From the NCBI GenBank assembly GCA_002410925.1, contig DHPR01000012.1, forward strand, positions 20,643-84,642: a DNA stretch of 64,000 nucleotides, in the 5' to 3' direction. A program made the translations under genes and the position numbers. Source of the DNA: a bacterium UBP13_UBA5359 (GTDB lineage: Bacteria > UBP13 > UBA5359). A model generated the notes under the pieces. It was given only the letters and a program-made list of their open reading frames with translations. It had not been told where the DNA came from and did not search any database. Shown here piece by piece: positions 10,262-20,700 of the stretch (position 1 is its first letter; the number at the start of each line of letters is the position of its first letter).

Positions 10262-13200
10262 TTAAAAGCGATATTGCCAACGGATCTCCCCCCGGCTCTC
10301 ACTGGCATCATCCGCCATCCATGACAGGCTCAGATTATTCTTCAGATAATAATCTATCTCCATAATATTACGCTGTTCGAGAGCAAATATCCTTGTTGTG
10401 TAAGAGACATACAATCCGTCAAAAATATACCGCCCCAGCCTCATGCTGAGAAGATCCTCATCGGTGTAATCGAAACTTACCTCCCCCATTCCCAGAGCAT
10501 CCGCCAGAGATTTACCCAATGGATCGAAAAGCTGGTTTTTAATACTGTCGCCTACCAGGCGTATCAGTTCCTCCTTGATAACATCCTGCATCCGCCCATC
10601 CATAACGGCCTCTATGCTGCTTTTGCGTCCCAGCAGCGCAATTATCTCATCCTCGCTCATTTCCGGCCTGGAAGAGAAGCTTATCTTTATATCGGGCAGA
10701 TGACCGGCCACATCCATATAGATTTCGGTTTTATCTATACGGTTTACAGCCCTGGCCTGCAAATTTATGCTGGTGTTCTTCAACCCAGGCAAGAGAGACT
10801 GTCTGCCGGCCTGTTCACTGAATATAGCCCGTGCCTCCACCAGCCTGAAGGGGGAGCTTATAACTGAAACACCTATATCGCCCTTACGCGATACCAATTC
10901 CCCCGCAATACGAAGATCCCTCATGCTGCCTCCCACCAGCAGATTACCATTAAAGAGAGCTTTGGTATTGCCGCTGCTTATACGCACTCCTTCATTTATA
11001 TGAATGGAAAGCTTAAGTCCGGCATCTACCGGGAGCTTAGGCAGCAGACCAGAGCCTGTCTGCTGCAGATAGACATCTCCTTCGCTGATTCTGACTCTAC
11101 CGGCTAATCCCGCACCGGCATGATCATTAGAAAGCTGAATTTCTCCATCAACCCTTCCCTTGAACCATGGCAGATTGACATCGGCACCGGAAGATTTCAG
11201 ATACAAGGCGCTCTCCTGCCTCTTTCCTCCAGGCAGATCTATCCTGCCGCCGCCGTTTACCATGCCCTGGCCCATCTTGAAAGCTAAAGTCTCGATATCC
11301 ACGGAATATCCACGGAATGCCAGCAGAGTCTGCAGATCCTCTATACGACCCAAGCCTTTCACTTCAGCCCTTCCTTCGTTTGCCGCCGCCCGCCCAAAAA
11401 CCTCTATAGCTCCCGGCTTGCCGGCAATATGAAGCACAGCCTCAATATTGCCGGATACTTTACTGATATTCGGGAAAAAGATGGATACCAGGCCAAGATC
11501 TCCTCCTGCCAGCCTGGCATCTATATCCAGGCTGCCGCTATCGGATATCTGCCCGGCAGGCCAATCCATCGGTATGCAACCGTTAATGGCAGCTATATGT
11601 TCGGAGCGCTTCACGTAAACATCTTTTAGCTTCAGCCTTTCCCGCTCAGCGGCAAATGAGCCTTCCAGGCTGTCAAATTGATAACCGGCCAGAGAACCGC
11701 CGGAAGATATAAAGCTTCCGGATAAAACAGGAGCACTCCACTTGCCGTCTATGCTACCGACCATGGATATTTTGCCGGAATATTTATCGGGAGCTATCTT
11801 CATCAGAATCGGTAAATCGGAAGCATCGGCTTTTATATCAAAATGAAGCTCCCGCTCTTCGACTTTTCCAGCCCTATCACTCCAGCCGGAGCCACGCAGC
11901 CGCCCCAGAGCCGGGCCTGAAACCACCAAACGATGCAGTTCTGTCCTTCGGGCTGAAATTTTACCCTCTGCCGCAGCACTATCCAGACGCCGACCGGCAA
12001 TGCTGCCTCCATCCAAATAGAGAGAAAAATCCGCTCTATCCAGAGCTCGCCCATAGTTCATATGTTCAACCGATAACGAGCCGCTGATTCTGGTATCAGC
12101 CAACCCCAGCCGGTCCGCAGGAGATGGATACAGAGCCAACGCCGTCTTTATAGGAAGATTGGTAATTCTGAGTTTCAGATTGCCCTCAGCGTTTTTAACA
12201 TAGTATGTTCCGGCTGCTTCCAGCTTTCCCCTCTCCTGAGATATAGATAGCGTATAATCCGCTTTGCCGCGGTCTATCCCGACTGCGGCCTCTAAAACTC
12301 CCAGACTTGCTTCGCCGGTTGTTATATCACCTGCAGATTTAAGCTGTAGATTTCCCGATATATCGGCAAGATCATCCACTCTTCCATTTAAGCTGCCATC
12401 AAGCTCCAGCTTTCCGCTCCATGATGGTAAAACCTTCAGAATATCATGAGCAGCCGCCGCAGATAGTTCACGCCCTTTAAGGCTCAGAGCATACCTTCCC
12501 GCTTCTATCTTGCCTGCTCCGGTCAAATGACCGCCAAGAAGATTGAAGGATACATTATCCAAACGATAACTCTTTCCATCCCATTCCACATCCAGGCAAA
12601 GCTCCTTTACAGCTCGTTCAGCCAAAAGGAGTTCCTTTGCCCGTAAAACCGCTTTGATATAAGGATGATCAGGCTGACCGCCGATATTCAACGTGCCGGA
12701 TATTCGCCCTTTAATCTTGTCGGCTGCTCCATTACCCAGACAAGAAGAGAGAAGAGCGACATCTATTCCCTGCATACGGCCTTCCAGATCAAGCCTGCCG
12801 GCAGAGAGCTCTCCCGTCAGCTTTATTCGTCCCCCAGGGTCCCTTGCCGGATGTATAAACATATCCTTAAGTTTCAAACTGCCGTTTTTTCCATCGTATC
12901 TTATTCCGCCGCTGAAATTTTTAAAATCCGTTCCCTTATATGAAAAATTCTCCCCGCCTGCAAGGCCATTGAAATCGGGATGATCTACCGTTCCCGTAAT
13001 GCTTCCCACTAAAGCCACTTTCCCTTCGGGCTTAACAGGGAGATTCCCCAGACAGCGCCAGGGCAAACCTGCGGCATCAAGGTTCAGCCGCATCCGCCCG
13101 GCGTTATCTACAGTGCCGTAAAGCCTGATAGCCGTGCCCCGACCGGCTTCAGCATTCAATCCGCGAATTACAAGTCCTTGATTGCCCAGCCTGGCGGAAA

Positions 13201-14689
13201 GGGCTGCACGACGCCATTCCACTCCTCGAAAAGGTATATCCTGTCCCTGAAGCAAAAATCCGGCATCCGTAAGCTGTAAACCCTGCGATTGCAATACAGC
13301 GCTTCCGGAGACGCTGCCTGACGAAGGCCAGCCTGCGCCGGGTTTCCCGCATAAATCATCAAGCCTGTCCAGAGAGAGCATACGGCATTCAGCCAGAATA
13401 AGGCTACGTGGCTCTTTATGCCTCAAATCGATCAGTCCGGTAAGATTTATCGGGTAATCTCTACATTTTACCAGAGGAAGGGAGAGCATACCGTCCCTAT
13501 ATCGGCATCGGCCTTGCATATCCCCAATCTCTCTTCCATTGAAGCTCAGCCCCGATACGCCAAACGCTCCCTCTATCAATGGAGAAGACCATTTGCCTGA
13601 CAAGCGCATAGATATATCGGCTTTACCCGCAATCTGCGCTTTTCCTATAAAGCGCTCGATATCCTTTATATCGGATAATACGGCTCCCCTGGCTGAAACG
13701 GCAAGATCGAGCGCAGGATTACTATAATCCTGCAAAGTTCCGTCTGCTTGCAAAGGTATTCCGTGGTAAAGCAGCTTCATTCGCTGGAATCTCATGCCCT
13801 CTTTTCCAAATTGAAAAGAGCCGGCGGCGTTTTCAAACTTCAGCCCTATCTCCGGCAACGCAACATTTACTCCGTGCAACCCAACAGTACCATCATAATC
13901 CAGATAGGTACCTTTATGCTGCGGCGTACCGCTGATACTCACCTTCAGATCAAATTTACCCTTTTCGGCGAATAATCCTTTGGGAACTATGTATGAATGC
14001 CAGAAGAGAGAATCTGCCCTGAGCAGTTCCACCCTGGCGGCAAAGAGAGGCTTGTCAATGGCCGTCCAACCCGAAAGCCTTACCCTGGCCGCCTGATCGG
14101 AAAGAGCGTCAAGTTTGAAATTCACCAAATTCTCTCTGACGTTACCGGATACGCATATATCAGACAGAAGAAGCTTACGAGCGGATTCGAGCCCTTTATG
14201 CCGCTGTACAGCTGCGCCTTCATGCCTTAGATATTCATCTGCAAGCTCTACCCGCCCTTGCCGAATGTTGAGCCGGCAGATAGCTTTCCAGCGACGCTCT
14301 TCGGTATGTTTATCAGGCCATGGCAAGCTCCAGATACCTGCGGCTGATCTTTGTGCCCGCAGCACAGAGCCGTCCACGTCCACCGAAGAAACCAGCTTAA
14401 GAGGGTTTCGTTGGCGAACAGAGGTTACAAACCTGAAAAAAGAAAATTTAATACGTATTTCGCGAAAATAAAAACCTGCCTCAGGCTTGCCGGGATTGTT
14501 CCAACTGACATCATTTGCCTTTAGGCCGAACGGGGACAGCCTGAGCCCTCCCACCGTAATACCCGGATAGCTTCTTTGTGCCAAATCCAGCACATAGAGC
14601 CTGGTAAAATTACGACAGGAGATAAACAGATATATGGAAATAGCTACGGCTATAGCAATTGCTGTATAAAAACCCTTACGCAGTTTCAC
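10262..14689 (-). CDS. tamB: Translocation and assembly module protein TamB (AsmA-like, DUF490 C-terminus).
   Basis: 1475 aa. Single N-terminal TM anchor. Very long, Gly/Ser-rich beta-rich body. DUF490-like C-terminus (…RLGRYIFDGLYVSYTTRIF…). Immediately upstream of the Omp85 gene. Confidence 0.7.
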   Translation of the reverse strand: MKLRKGFYTAIAIAVAISIYLFISCRNFTRLYVLDLAQRSYPGITVGGLRLSPFGLKANDVSWNNPGKPEAGFYFREIRIKFSFFRFVTSVRQRNPLKLVSSVDVDGSVLRAQRSAAGIWSLPWPDKHTEERRWKAICRLNIRQGRVELADEYLRHEGAAVQRHKGLESARKLLLSDICVSGNVRENLVNFKLDALSDQAARVRLSGWTAIDKPLFAARVELLRADSLFWHSYIVPKGLFAEKGKFDLKVSISGTPQHKGTYLDYDGTVGLHGVNVALPEIGLKFENAAGSFQFGKEGMRFQRMKLLYHGIPLQADGTLQDYSNPALDLAVSARGAVLSDIKDIERFIGKAQIAGKADISMRLSGKWSSPLIEGAFGVSGLSFNGREIGDMQGRCRYRDGMLSLPLVKCRDYPINLTGLIDLRHKEPRSLILAECRMLSLDRLDDLCGKPGAGWPSSGSVSGSAVLQSQGLQLTDAGFLLQGQDIPFRGVEWRRAALSARLGNQGLVIRGLNAEAGRGTAIRLYGTVDNAGRMRLNLDAAGLPWRCLGNLPVKPEGKVALVGSITGTVDHPDFNGLAGGENFSYKGTDFKNFSGGIRYDGKNGSLKLKDMFIHPARDPGGRIKLTGELSAGRLDLEGRMQGIDVALLSSCLGNGAADKIKGRISGTLNIGGQPDHPYIKAVLRAKELLLAERAVKELCLDVEWDGKSYRLDNVSFNLLGGHLTGAGKIEAGRYALSLKGRELSAAAAHDILKVLPSWSGKLELDGSLNGRVDDLADISGNLQLKSAGDITTGEASLGVLEAAVGIDRGKADYTLSISQERGKLEAAGTYYVKNAEGNLKLRITNLPIKTALALYPSPADRLGLADTRISGSLSVEHMNYGRALDRADFSLYLDGGSIAGRRLDSAAAEGKISARRTELHRLVVSGPALGRLRGSGWSDRAGKVEERELHFDIKADASDLPILMKIAPDKYSGKISMVGSIDGKWSAPVLSGSFISSGGSLAGYQFDSLEGSFAAERERLKLKDVYVKRSEHIAAINGCIPMDWPAGQISDSGSLDIDARLAGGDLGLVSIFFPNISKVSGNIEAVLHIAGKPGAIEVFGRAAANEGRAEVKGLGRIEDLQTLLAFRGYSVDIETLAFKMGQGMVNGGGRIDLPGGKRQESALYLKSSGADVNLPWFKGRVDGEIQLSNDHAGAGLAGRVRISEGDVYLQQTGSGLLPKLPVDAGLKLSIHINEGVRISSGNTKALFNGNLLVGGSMRDLRIAGELVSRKGDIGVSVISSPFRLVEARAIFSEQAGRQSLLPGLKNTSINLQARAVNRIDKTEIYMDVAGHLPDIKISFSSRPEMSEDEIIALLGRKSSIEAVMDGRMQDVIKEELIRLVGDSIKNQLFDPLGKSLADALGMGEVSFDYTDEDLLSMRLGRYIFDGLYVSYTTRIFALEQRNIMEIDYYLKNNLSLSWMADDASESRGEIRWQYRF

Positions 14690-14914
14690 TTTGGTCTTCC
14701 TTTATGAAGGTACACTATCCCTTTCTACATGCTGATATTCATATCCTCTTTATAACATCTTAGAGTTGAAGGCAGAAAGCTATAGTATCTTATCCCGGAA
14801 TACCTCCCCAAATATAAAAAGCGGAACGAAGGATAGTGAAACCATATCATGTATGACCACCTGAACAACATTCCGCATAGTATCTCAATTGATGCCGGTT
14901 ATGACAAACGACCT

Positions 14915-15151
14915 TTATTCTCCTATAGTTCCTATACAATCTCCAATCTGTATGCTGGCACCCTCTTCGGCCAGTATTTCCAGCAGAATACCGGAAATCG
15001 GAGCCTCTATTTTGATCGCCGCCTTGTCGGTCTCTATCTCCACCAATTCTTCACCCAGCTCTACGCTGTCACCCTCTTTCTTAAACCAGAAGGCAACCGT
15101 TGCATCTTCAATTTCATCGCCTAACTCAGGTACTACTACTTCCATCGCCAT
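14915..15151 (-). CDS. Stand-alone lipoyl-attachment (biotin/lipoyl) domain protein. Candidate lipoyl carrier.
   Basis: 78 aa from the ATG (MAMEVVVPELGDE…). Contains the conserved lipoyl-lysine motif EIETDKAAIKIEAP. A strong SD-like run (GGGGGGGTGA) lies 6 nt upstream of the ATG. The track's longer form begins at TTG. Confidence 0.7.
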   Translation of the reverse strand: MAMEVVVPELGDEIEDATVAFWFKKEGDSVELGEELVEIETDKAAIKIEAPISGILLEILAEEGASIQIGDCIGTIGE

Positions 15152-15168
15152 TATTTCACCCCCCCCTT
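15152..15168 (-). promoter_or_regulatory. Shine-Dalgarno-like G-rich element (minus strand AAGGGGGGGTGAAATA-ATG) serving the lipoyl-domain gene.
   Basis: Read directly in the sequence, between the lipA stop (TAG) and the ATG. Confidence 0.4.
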
Positions 15169-15184
15169 GCAGCAACTATTAAGG

Positions 15185-16051
15185 CTACTTTTTGCCAGCC
15201 TCTCCCGCCAGTAGTTCAGCCCTGTAAGAGCTGCGTGCCAATGGAAAAGAGGCCACACCTTTGAAGCCTAAAGCTTGCCCTGTCTCCCCATACTCCCGGA
15301 ACATCTCCGGGGTTACAAACTCCATAACCTTGTGATGCCTGGCTGTAGGCGAGAGATACTGCCCTATAGTCAGCAGATCGCAATCAGCCTGCCGAAGATC
15401 CCTCATCACATCCAGGACCTCTTCCCTGAGCTCACCCAGCCCCACCATCAGCCCCGATTTAGTCAGCATGCCGTCCCTTTCGGACATCTCTTTAGCTTGC
15501 CGCAATAAATCGAGAGATCTGTTATAAACGGCTTGAGGTCTGACGTCTGGATAGAGTCTGGGCACCGTTTCCACATTATGATTCAAGATATCCGGCCCGG
15601 CTTCCACGACCGTATGAAGAGCCGCCGTATTGCCGCCAAAATCCGGAATGAGCACTTCAACCACTATATCCGGCAGACGTTCACGCAGTGCTGCTATGGT
15701 AAGAGCAAAGTGCCCGGCGCCCCCATCCGGCAGATCATCTCTGGTAACGGAGGTCACCACTGCATGCTTCAGTCCCAGCCTGAATGCTGCTTCCGCAACC
15801 CTGGCCGGTTCTCCGGAATCGGGAGGTTCCGCCTGTCCATGATTGACGGCACAGAAACGGCAGTTTCTGGTGCAGGTATCCCCCAGGATCATAAAAGTGG
15901 CCGTTCCCCGGGCAAAGCACTCCCCCTGATTGGGGCAGCAGGCCCCCTGGCAAACGGTATGCAGATGCAAATCACCGATAAGCCCCTTAACTCGCTCCAC
16001 TGTTTCACCCTGCGGAGCCTTGACCTTGAGCCATTCAGGAAAGCGTGGCAA
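15185..16051 (-). CDS. lipA: Lipoyl synthase LipA (radical SAM).
   Basis: 288 aa. CTRNCRFC radical-SAM cysteine triad plus the upstream Cys cluster (…[12 protein letters not shown]…). Strong match to LipA (PEWLKVKAP…[13 protein letters not shown]…). TTG start. Confidence 0.9.
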   Translation of the reverse strand: MPRFPEWLKVKAPQGETVERVKGLIGDLHLHTVCQGACCPNQGECFARGTATFMILGDTCTRNCRFCAVNHGQAEPPDSGEPARVAEAAFRLGLKHAVVTSVTRDDLPDGGAGHFALTIAALRERLPDIVVEVLIPDFGGNTAALHTVVEAGPDILNHNVETVPRLYPDVRPQAVYNRSLDLLRQAKEMSERDGMLTKSGLMVGLGELREEVLDVMRDLRQADCDLLTIGQYLSPTARHHKVMEFVTPEMFREYGETGQALGFKGVASFPLARSSYRAELLAGEAGKK

Positions 16052-16733
16052 GAGTTTCCACCTCCTTGGAAGAGACAGGAAGAATATCCAGATTGAAGAC
16101 CTCCGCTATGGCCGACAATGTACGCTCTCTAACCAGCGCCGGATCCACCTTGTCGAGAAGATCCTTCATGGCTATTACAGGTTTATCGGTAATGCCGCAG
16201 GGATTTATAAGCTTGAAATGGTTCATATTCGGATTTATATTCAGCGCAAAGCCGTGAAAGGTCACCCAGCGCCTGACACCCACGCCGATGGCCGCCACTT
16301 TGGCTCCGCCCACCCAGACACCGGTCAGGCCGGGATTGCGCTCGCCTTTGAGGCCGAAGCTGCCCAGCATCTTTATCAATGCCTCTTCCAGATGGCGCAG
16401 GTAGAGATGAATATCTTTTCCGTGATGATTAAGATTTAGAATGGGATAGCCCACCAATTGCCCGGGACCGTGATACGTAACATCGCCGCCTCTGTCTATC
16501 TCCCGAACAACAATACCCTCCCGCTGCAACAGGTCACTGCCGGCTAATATATTATGGCGGCCGCCGCCACGCCCTACGGTGAGTACAGGAGGATGCTCCA
16601 GAAAGAGAAGATGTTCATCCGAACTTCCTGCAATTACAGCATCTACCAAATGATGCTGATAATGATACGCCTCGTCGTAATCAATGCTTCCCATTTCGAG
16701 ATAACGGCAGACATGCTTATCGCCGTCGGACAT
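16035..16733 (-). CDS. lipB: Octanoyl-(ACP):protein N-octanoyltransferase LipB.
   Basis: 232 aa. Carries LipB signatures: …[16 protein letters not shown]…, …[18 protein letters not shown]…, …KVAAIGV…. Confidence 0.85.
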   Translation of the reverse strand: MSDGDKHVCRYLEMGSIDYDEAYHYQHHLVDAVIAGSSDEHLLFLEHPPVLTVGRGGGRHNILAGSDLLQREGIVVREIDRGGDVTYHGPGQLVGYPILNLNHHGKDIHLYLRHLEEALIKMLGSFGLKGERNPGLTGVWVGGAKVAAIGVGVRRWVTFHGFALNINPNMNHFKLINPCGITDKPVIAMKDLLDKVDPALVRERTLSAIAEVFNLDILPVSSKEVETLATLS

Positions 16734-16958
16734 AGAAACAACTCCCCAAAGGTGAAACTATCGTAAATACTAGTATATTGATTATCGCCGCAGAGTCAAG
16801 TAATTTTTTATATGAGCCGGCAAAGTGCTTGAGAGCACAGATTTAGAGGTAGTTTCAACAGGGCTTTCTAAATATCATTCTGAAGAAGACCGGTTTCCGC
16901 CTACTCCACCGGATTGCCGCTCGGAGAATCACATCTATGCCGATTATATCAAGTGGCG

Positions 16959-17693
16959 CTACAGGCCTTCTGTATCAAAGCGCCTGCGCCAATAGTTAGT
17001 ATTATTGGGCGCTGTGCATTGACTTAGCATTGCTCCATGCGACTGCCATTCGACATGCCCATCTGCAAAGCCCAGGTTGAGACCATCGTTATGCCGATAT
17101 GTCATACCGTAAATAACGCCATTCGTCATCGTGTCGACGCCGTTTACAGGCACGCAGTTATTCCAATCGGTATCATAATAAAAACCGTTGCTATTTTTGC
17201 TCCAATCTGCATCAGCAATCAGCCAGGCCTCTGCAGGCTTTCGTATATCCGCCAAAGACAAGGGGAAAGGGGTTGTTTGAGGAACTATTGCGGAAAAACC
17301 GGATTGCCCTCCCATCCTAGCATTAAAGCAGTAGGATCGATTGCCTTTGATGCCGCCATAAGCATAATCGTTCAAGTCAACTCCCAGTGTCCGCGTTTTA
17401 TCACTGGGGCAATCCATGATAGTTATGGGCATGTATGTCGGTACAAGACGGTTCAATAAACGGCCTTTGGTGCCGAAAATGGGAAAGACGTCATCCCAAT
17501 CCTGTACGTATTGCGATATTGCCATTAGAATCTGTTTTTGATTGGATACACATTGAGCCTGCCTGGCCTTCTCTCTGGCCTGGCTGAAGACGGGAAAGAG
17601 AATCGCTGTCAATATCGCTATAATCGATATTACGACCAGAAGCTCTATAAGCGTAAATCCCCTTTCTTTTTTATGCTTCATAATACAAACCAC
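16959..17693 (-). CDS. Prepilin-type N-terminal cleavage/methylation domain protein of the H-X9-DG (DUF1559) family.
   Basis: N-terminus …[40 protein letters not shown]…. C-terminus …GFADGHVEW (H-X9-DG motif). Confidence 0.8.
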   Translation of the reverse strand: MVCIMKHKKERGFTLIELLVVISIIAILTAILFPVFSQAREKARQAQCVSNQKQILMAISQYVQDWDDVFPIFGTKGRLLNRLVPTYMPITIMDCPSDKTRTLGVDLNDYAYGGIKGNRSYCFNARMGGQSGFSAIVPQTTPFPLSLADIRKPAEAWLIADADWSKNSNGFYYDTDWNNCVPVNGVDTMTNGVIYGMTYRHNDGLNLGFADGHVEWQSHGAMLSQCTAPNNTNYWRRRFDTEGL

Positions 17694-17759
17694 CTCTCAT
17701 TATGTTTCTTGCCCCCCTGTCGTCCGGCTGACCTATCTCAGCCGGACGACAGGGCACCT

Positions 17760-20700
17760 TTACGATTGTGTGGAGTTTGCCTCCTCAATCCGAAATGATG
17801 CCCGCCCTCTTATCCCTGACACGGTATCACGAGCGGTAATCGTCCAGCTTCCGGGCATATCGTTGAGCGCTACCGGTAAGCGGTAGATCCCCTGACCATT
17901 TTTTGCCTCGATATTTGCGGCATAGTGCTTCAAGCTCTTGCCGTTGGCTGAAACCTCGACATGTAATATATGCCGGCCGGCCTTCCCGCCCTCTGCTGCC
18001 ACTGCCAGGACAAATTCAACTGCTTTTCCCTGCCGTACCTTCACCGGGCCGGTAATTGTAACCTTAGAGACTTTATAAGGCAAGTTTGCCAGCAAGGCGG
18101 CTGAGCCTCGCTGCAGTTCCATGTTGAAGGTGTTTCCATAGCCAAGATAACGACCGCACCGTATATCATAGAGATGCCCGCTCTTCTCCACTTTCCCGTG
18201 CAGCTTCATCACCCTGGGCATAGTAAGGACCCAGGCGTAATCACAGTAATCGTTGGGGGTAAAGCCAAAGTACGAGGCGCTGCCGTCCTTCCAGCTCACG
18301 ATATCGATGCCTCTCAATCGTTCATCGCCGGAAGAAACCGTCAATTCCGGAGTTACGCCTGCTGCTGCGGCAAGCCTGTGGGCAATGTCCAGGTAGAGAT
18401 CTCCGCGCGGTGTCGTACGGATGGGGGGGGTCTGCTTTGAACGGTAACTTCCGGGCGTATAGTTTCCGGTAAAATTAAGTAAAAGAGCTTTCCCTTTACC
18501 GATCTTATGCTCGATAAATACCGGCGTATCCCCTATCATCTGTAAAGCTTTGCCGGTGGTCGCTCTGACGGCGGGATCAATTTGCACTGATGGCAATGTG
18601 CCGCTGACAGGTTGTCCATACATAACGTTTAGCCGGATATCGCTAAGCTCTCCCGCTTTCCTTCCGGCTAGGCGCTCTATGCCGAAGAGGTCATCCAGCA
18701 GGCCTTTATCCAGCAACTTCCCGTGTCTGTTTCGGATTGCCGGCAAAACATCGGCCACTACAAGCCCTCCGCTCTCCACAAACTTATGAATCTGCCGGCT
18801 TTCCTGCAAAGTGAGCGCCTGTGAAAAGGGCAGAATCAGTATTTTATAATTGGAAAGCCCGCCCTCTTCAATCTGTTCGCTGGCTATGAATTGCGGTTGC
18901 AAGCCGATCTCTTTAAAGCTCCAAAGGGCGGTCATCCAGGAGGAATAGATGCGAGTAGGACAGCCGGCGCCGGTGGGAAGAAAGCCGCCATTGCTTAAGG
19001 TGCTGGCATGAATGCTGGGCTGGCTGTAATGAACGGCTATCGGGGCAAAGCGACGCTCTGAAGTAATAAGAAGCTTGCCCGGGCCGTTCTTGATCTCCTG
19101 CACGCCGTCCAGAAAGGGCCTGGCAACCGGATTGGGCCTCAGATCCGGAAGATAGAGACCAAAGGCAAGATCCCCCTCCGGCAAAGGGCGTACGTCGAAG
19201 TAAGGTGACCAGTACCAGATTGAGTTCATACCCCAAAGCAGGCAGCGCCAGGGAATCCATCTTTGCGTGTCCCGGTTGAATATATCAATATATGATCCGT
19301 TCCAAAAGCCCCAATAAGTATCCGGCTTTTTGAAAGAGGCTGCAAGCTCTATCTCCATCGGGGCCATCCAATAGCTGCCCATAAGCTTCATATGCTTGAA
19401 CAAATTTCCCCAGTCATACCCCCGGTAACTCTCCGTTTGGAAGGCTCCCTCGAACCCGGTTCGGGCTTCCGGATCGATCTTTCCTACTCTTTCTTCGCCG
19501 GCGATCATGGCTTCGGTGAAGTACTCATCCAGGTGCAGGCGGTGATCCACCCAGCGGGCCTCCTGATTGTTTTTCACGGCCTCTTCCAGCGTGATGCCGC
19601 ATACTTCACTCCAGTTCGTAAAAGAGGTATTCCATTCGTTGTTTACCGCTTCCAAAGAGGGATATATTCTTTGCAGATACTTTTGCAAATGTTGATTTAT
19701 CTCCTTATTATCCAGCGGTTTATCGGTTTTGCCGCGAAAGGCCAGGTTGCTTTCGTCTCCCAGGCTGTACTCGCTGCAATTGAAAGGATAAAGGGCTTCG
19801 GCATAACGGGTGAAGCGCTCTCGAATAGGCTCGGGCTTGCAATATTGCACGCTCGGGATATGGTAGCCGTAGAGAAATGGACGGCAGTTATACTCTCCGG
19901 TGGTTATGCCGGCTTGCCGGGCATGCTCTTCCACGGAAGCAAACATGGTCATAAGCCGATCCATGCCCTCTTTCTGTAAGTCTTCATAGATAAAGTGCCT
20001 GAAGTATGCATCGGTGAAGCCCCAGACCATAAGGGAGTAATCGTCCCAGCCTGGTCCGGCAGCAGGTTGCCTGACCGGTATTTGAGCAGTGCAGCTATCC
20101 ACTCTTTTGTCTTGAGACAGCAATTCCACTCTGATACGGCCGGCAAGAGCAATCAGATTCCCGCTGGGAAGGCTGAAAGGAATCGATGTTCCCGCTACCC
20201 TTTCAAGTATCTGCCGGGCTGTGATTCGTCCGAACGAATCTCCGACTTCCAGCAAGAGTTTATCGCCGTTTTGCAAGGGCTGCTTCAGGTTGATCCTTCC
20301 GGAGATAAGCTCACCGGGCTTTATTTGCTTTTCCCGGATAACAATCCCGGCTACGCCCTGGTTATCGCTTACATCGAAGAATGATGAAGCCCAGTTGAGA
20401 ACATTACCTCTGTTATCATGCAATGCGGCATCGATGAAATAGCGGCCGATTGGTAGAGCGTTATCGGCTAGAAAGGGCGACAGTTTATTGCCGGAGGGCT
20501 TAAAGCTTCGCTCCAGATGTATAGCACCGTCGATAGAGCGAAGGCGAATTTGAAGATTTATCCTGGAACAAGCTGCCTTATCGGAGCCGATAAGATTCAA
20601 CTGCAGGGCGCTTAATTTTCCGCGATCAATGACTGCAGGCGTAACGGCCACGGCATCCAGGGCTACGGAGGGGTTGCGCCCTGCTGCCAGCAGGAGCAGC

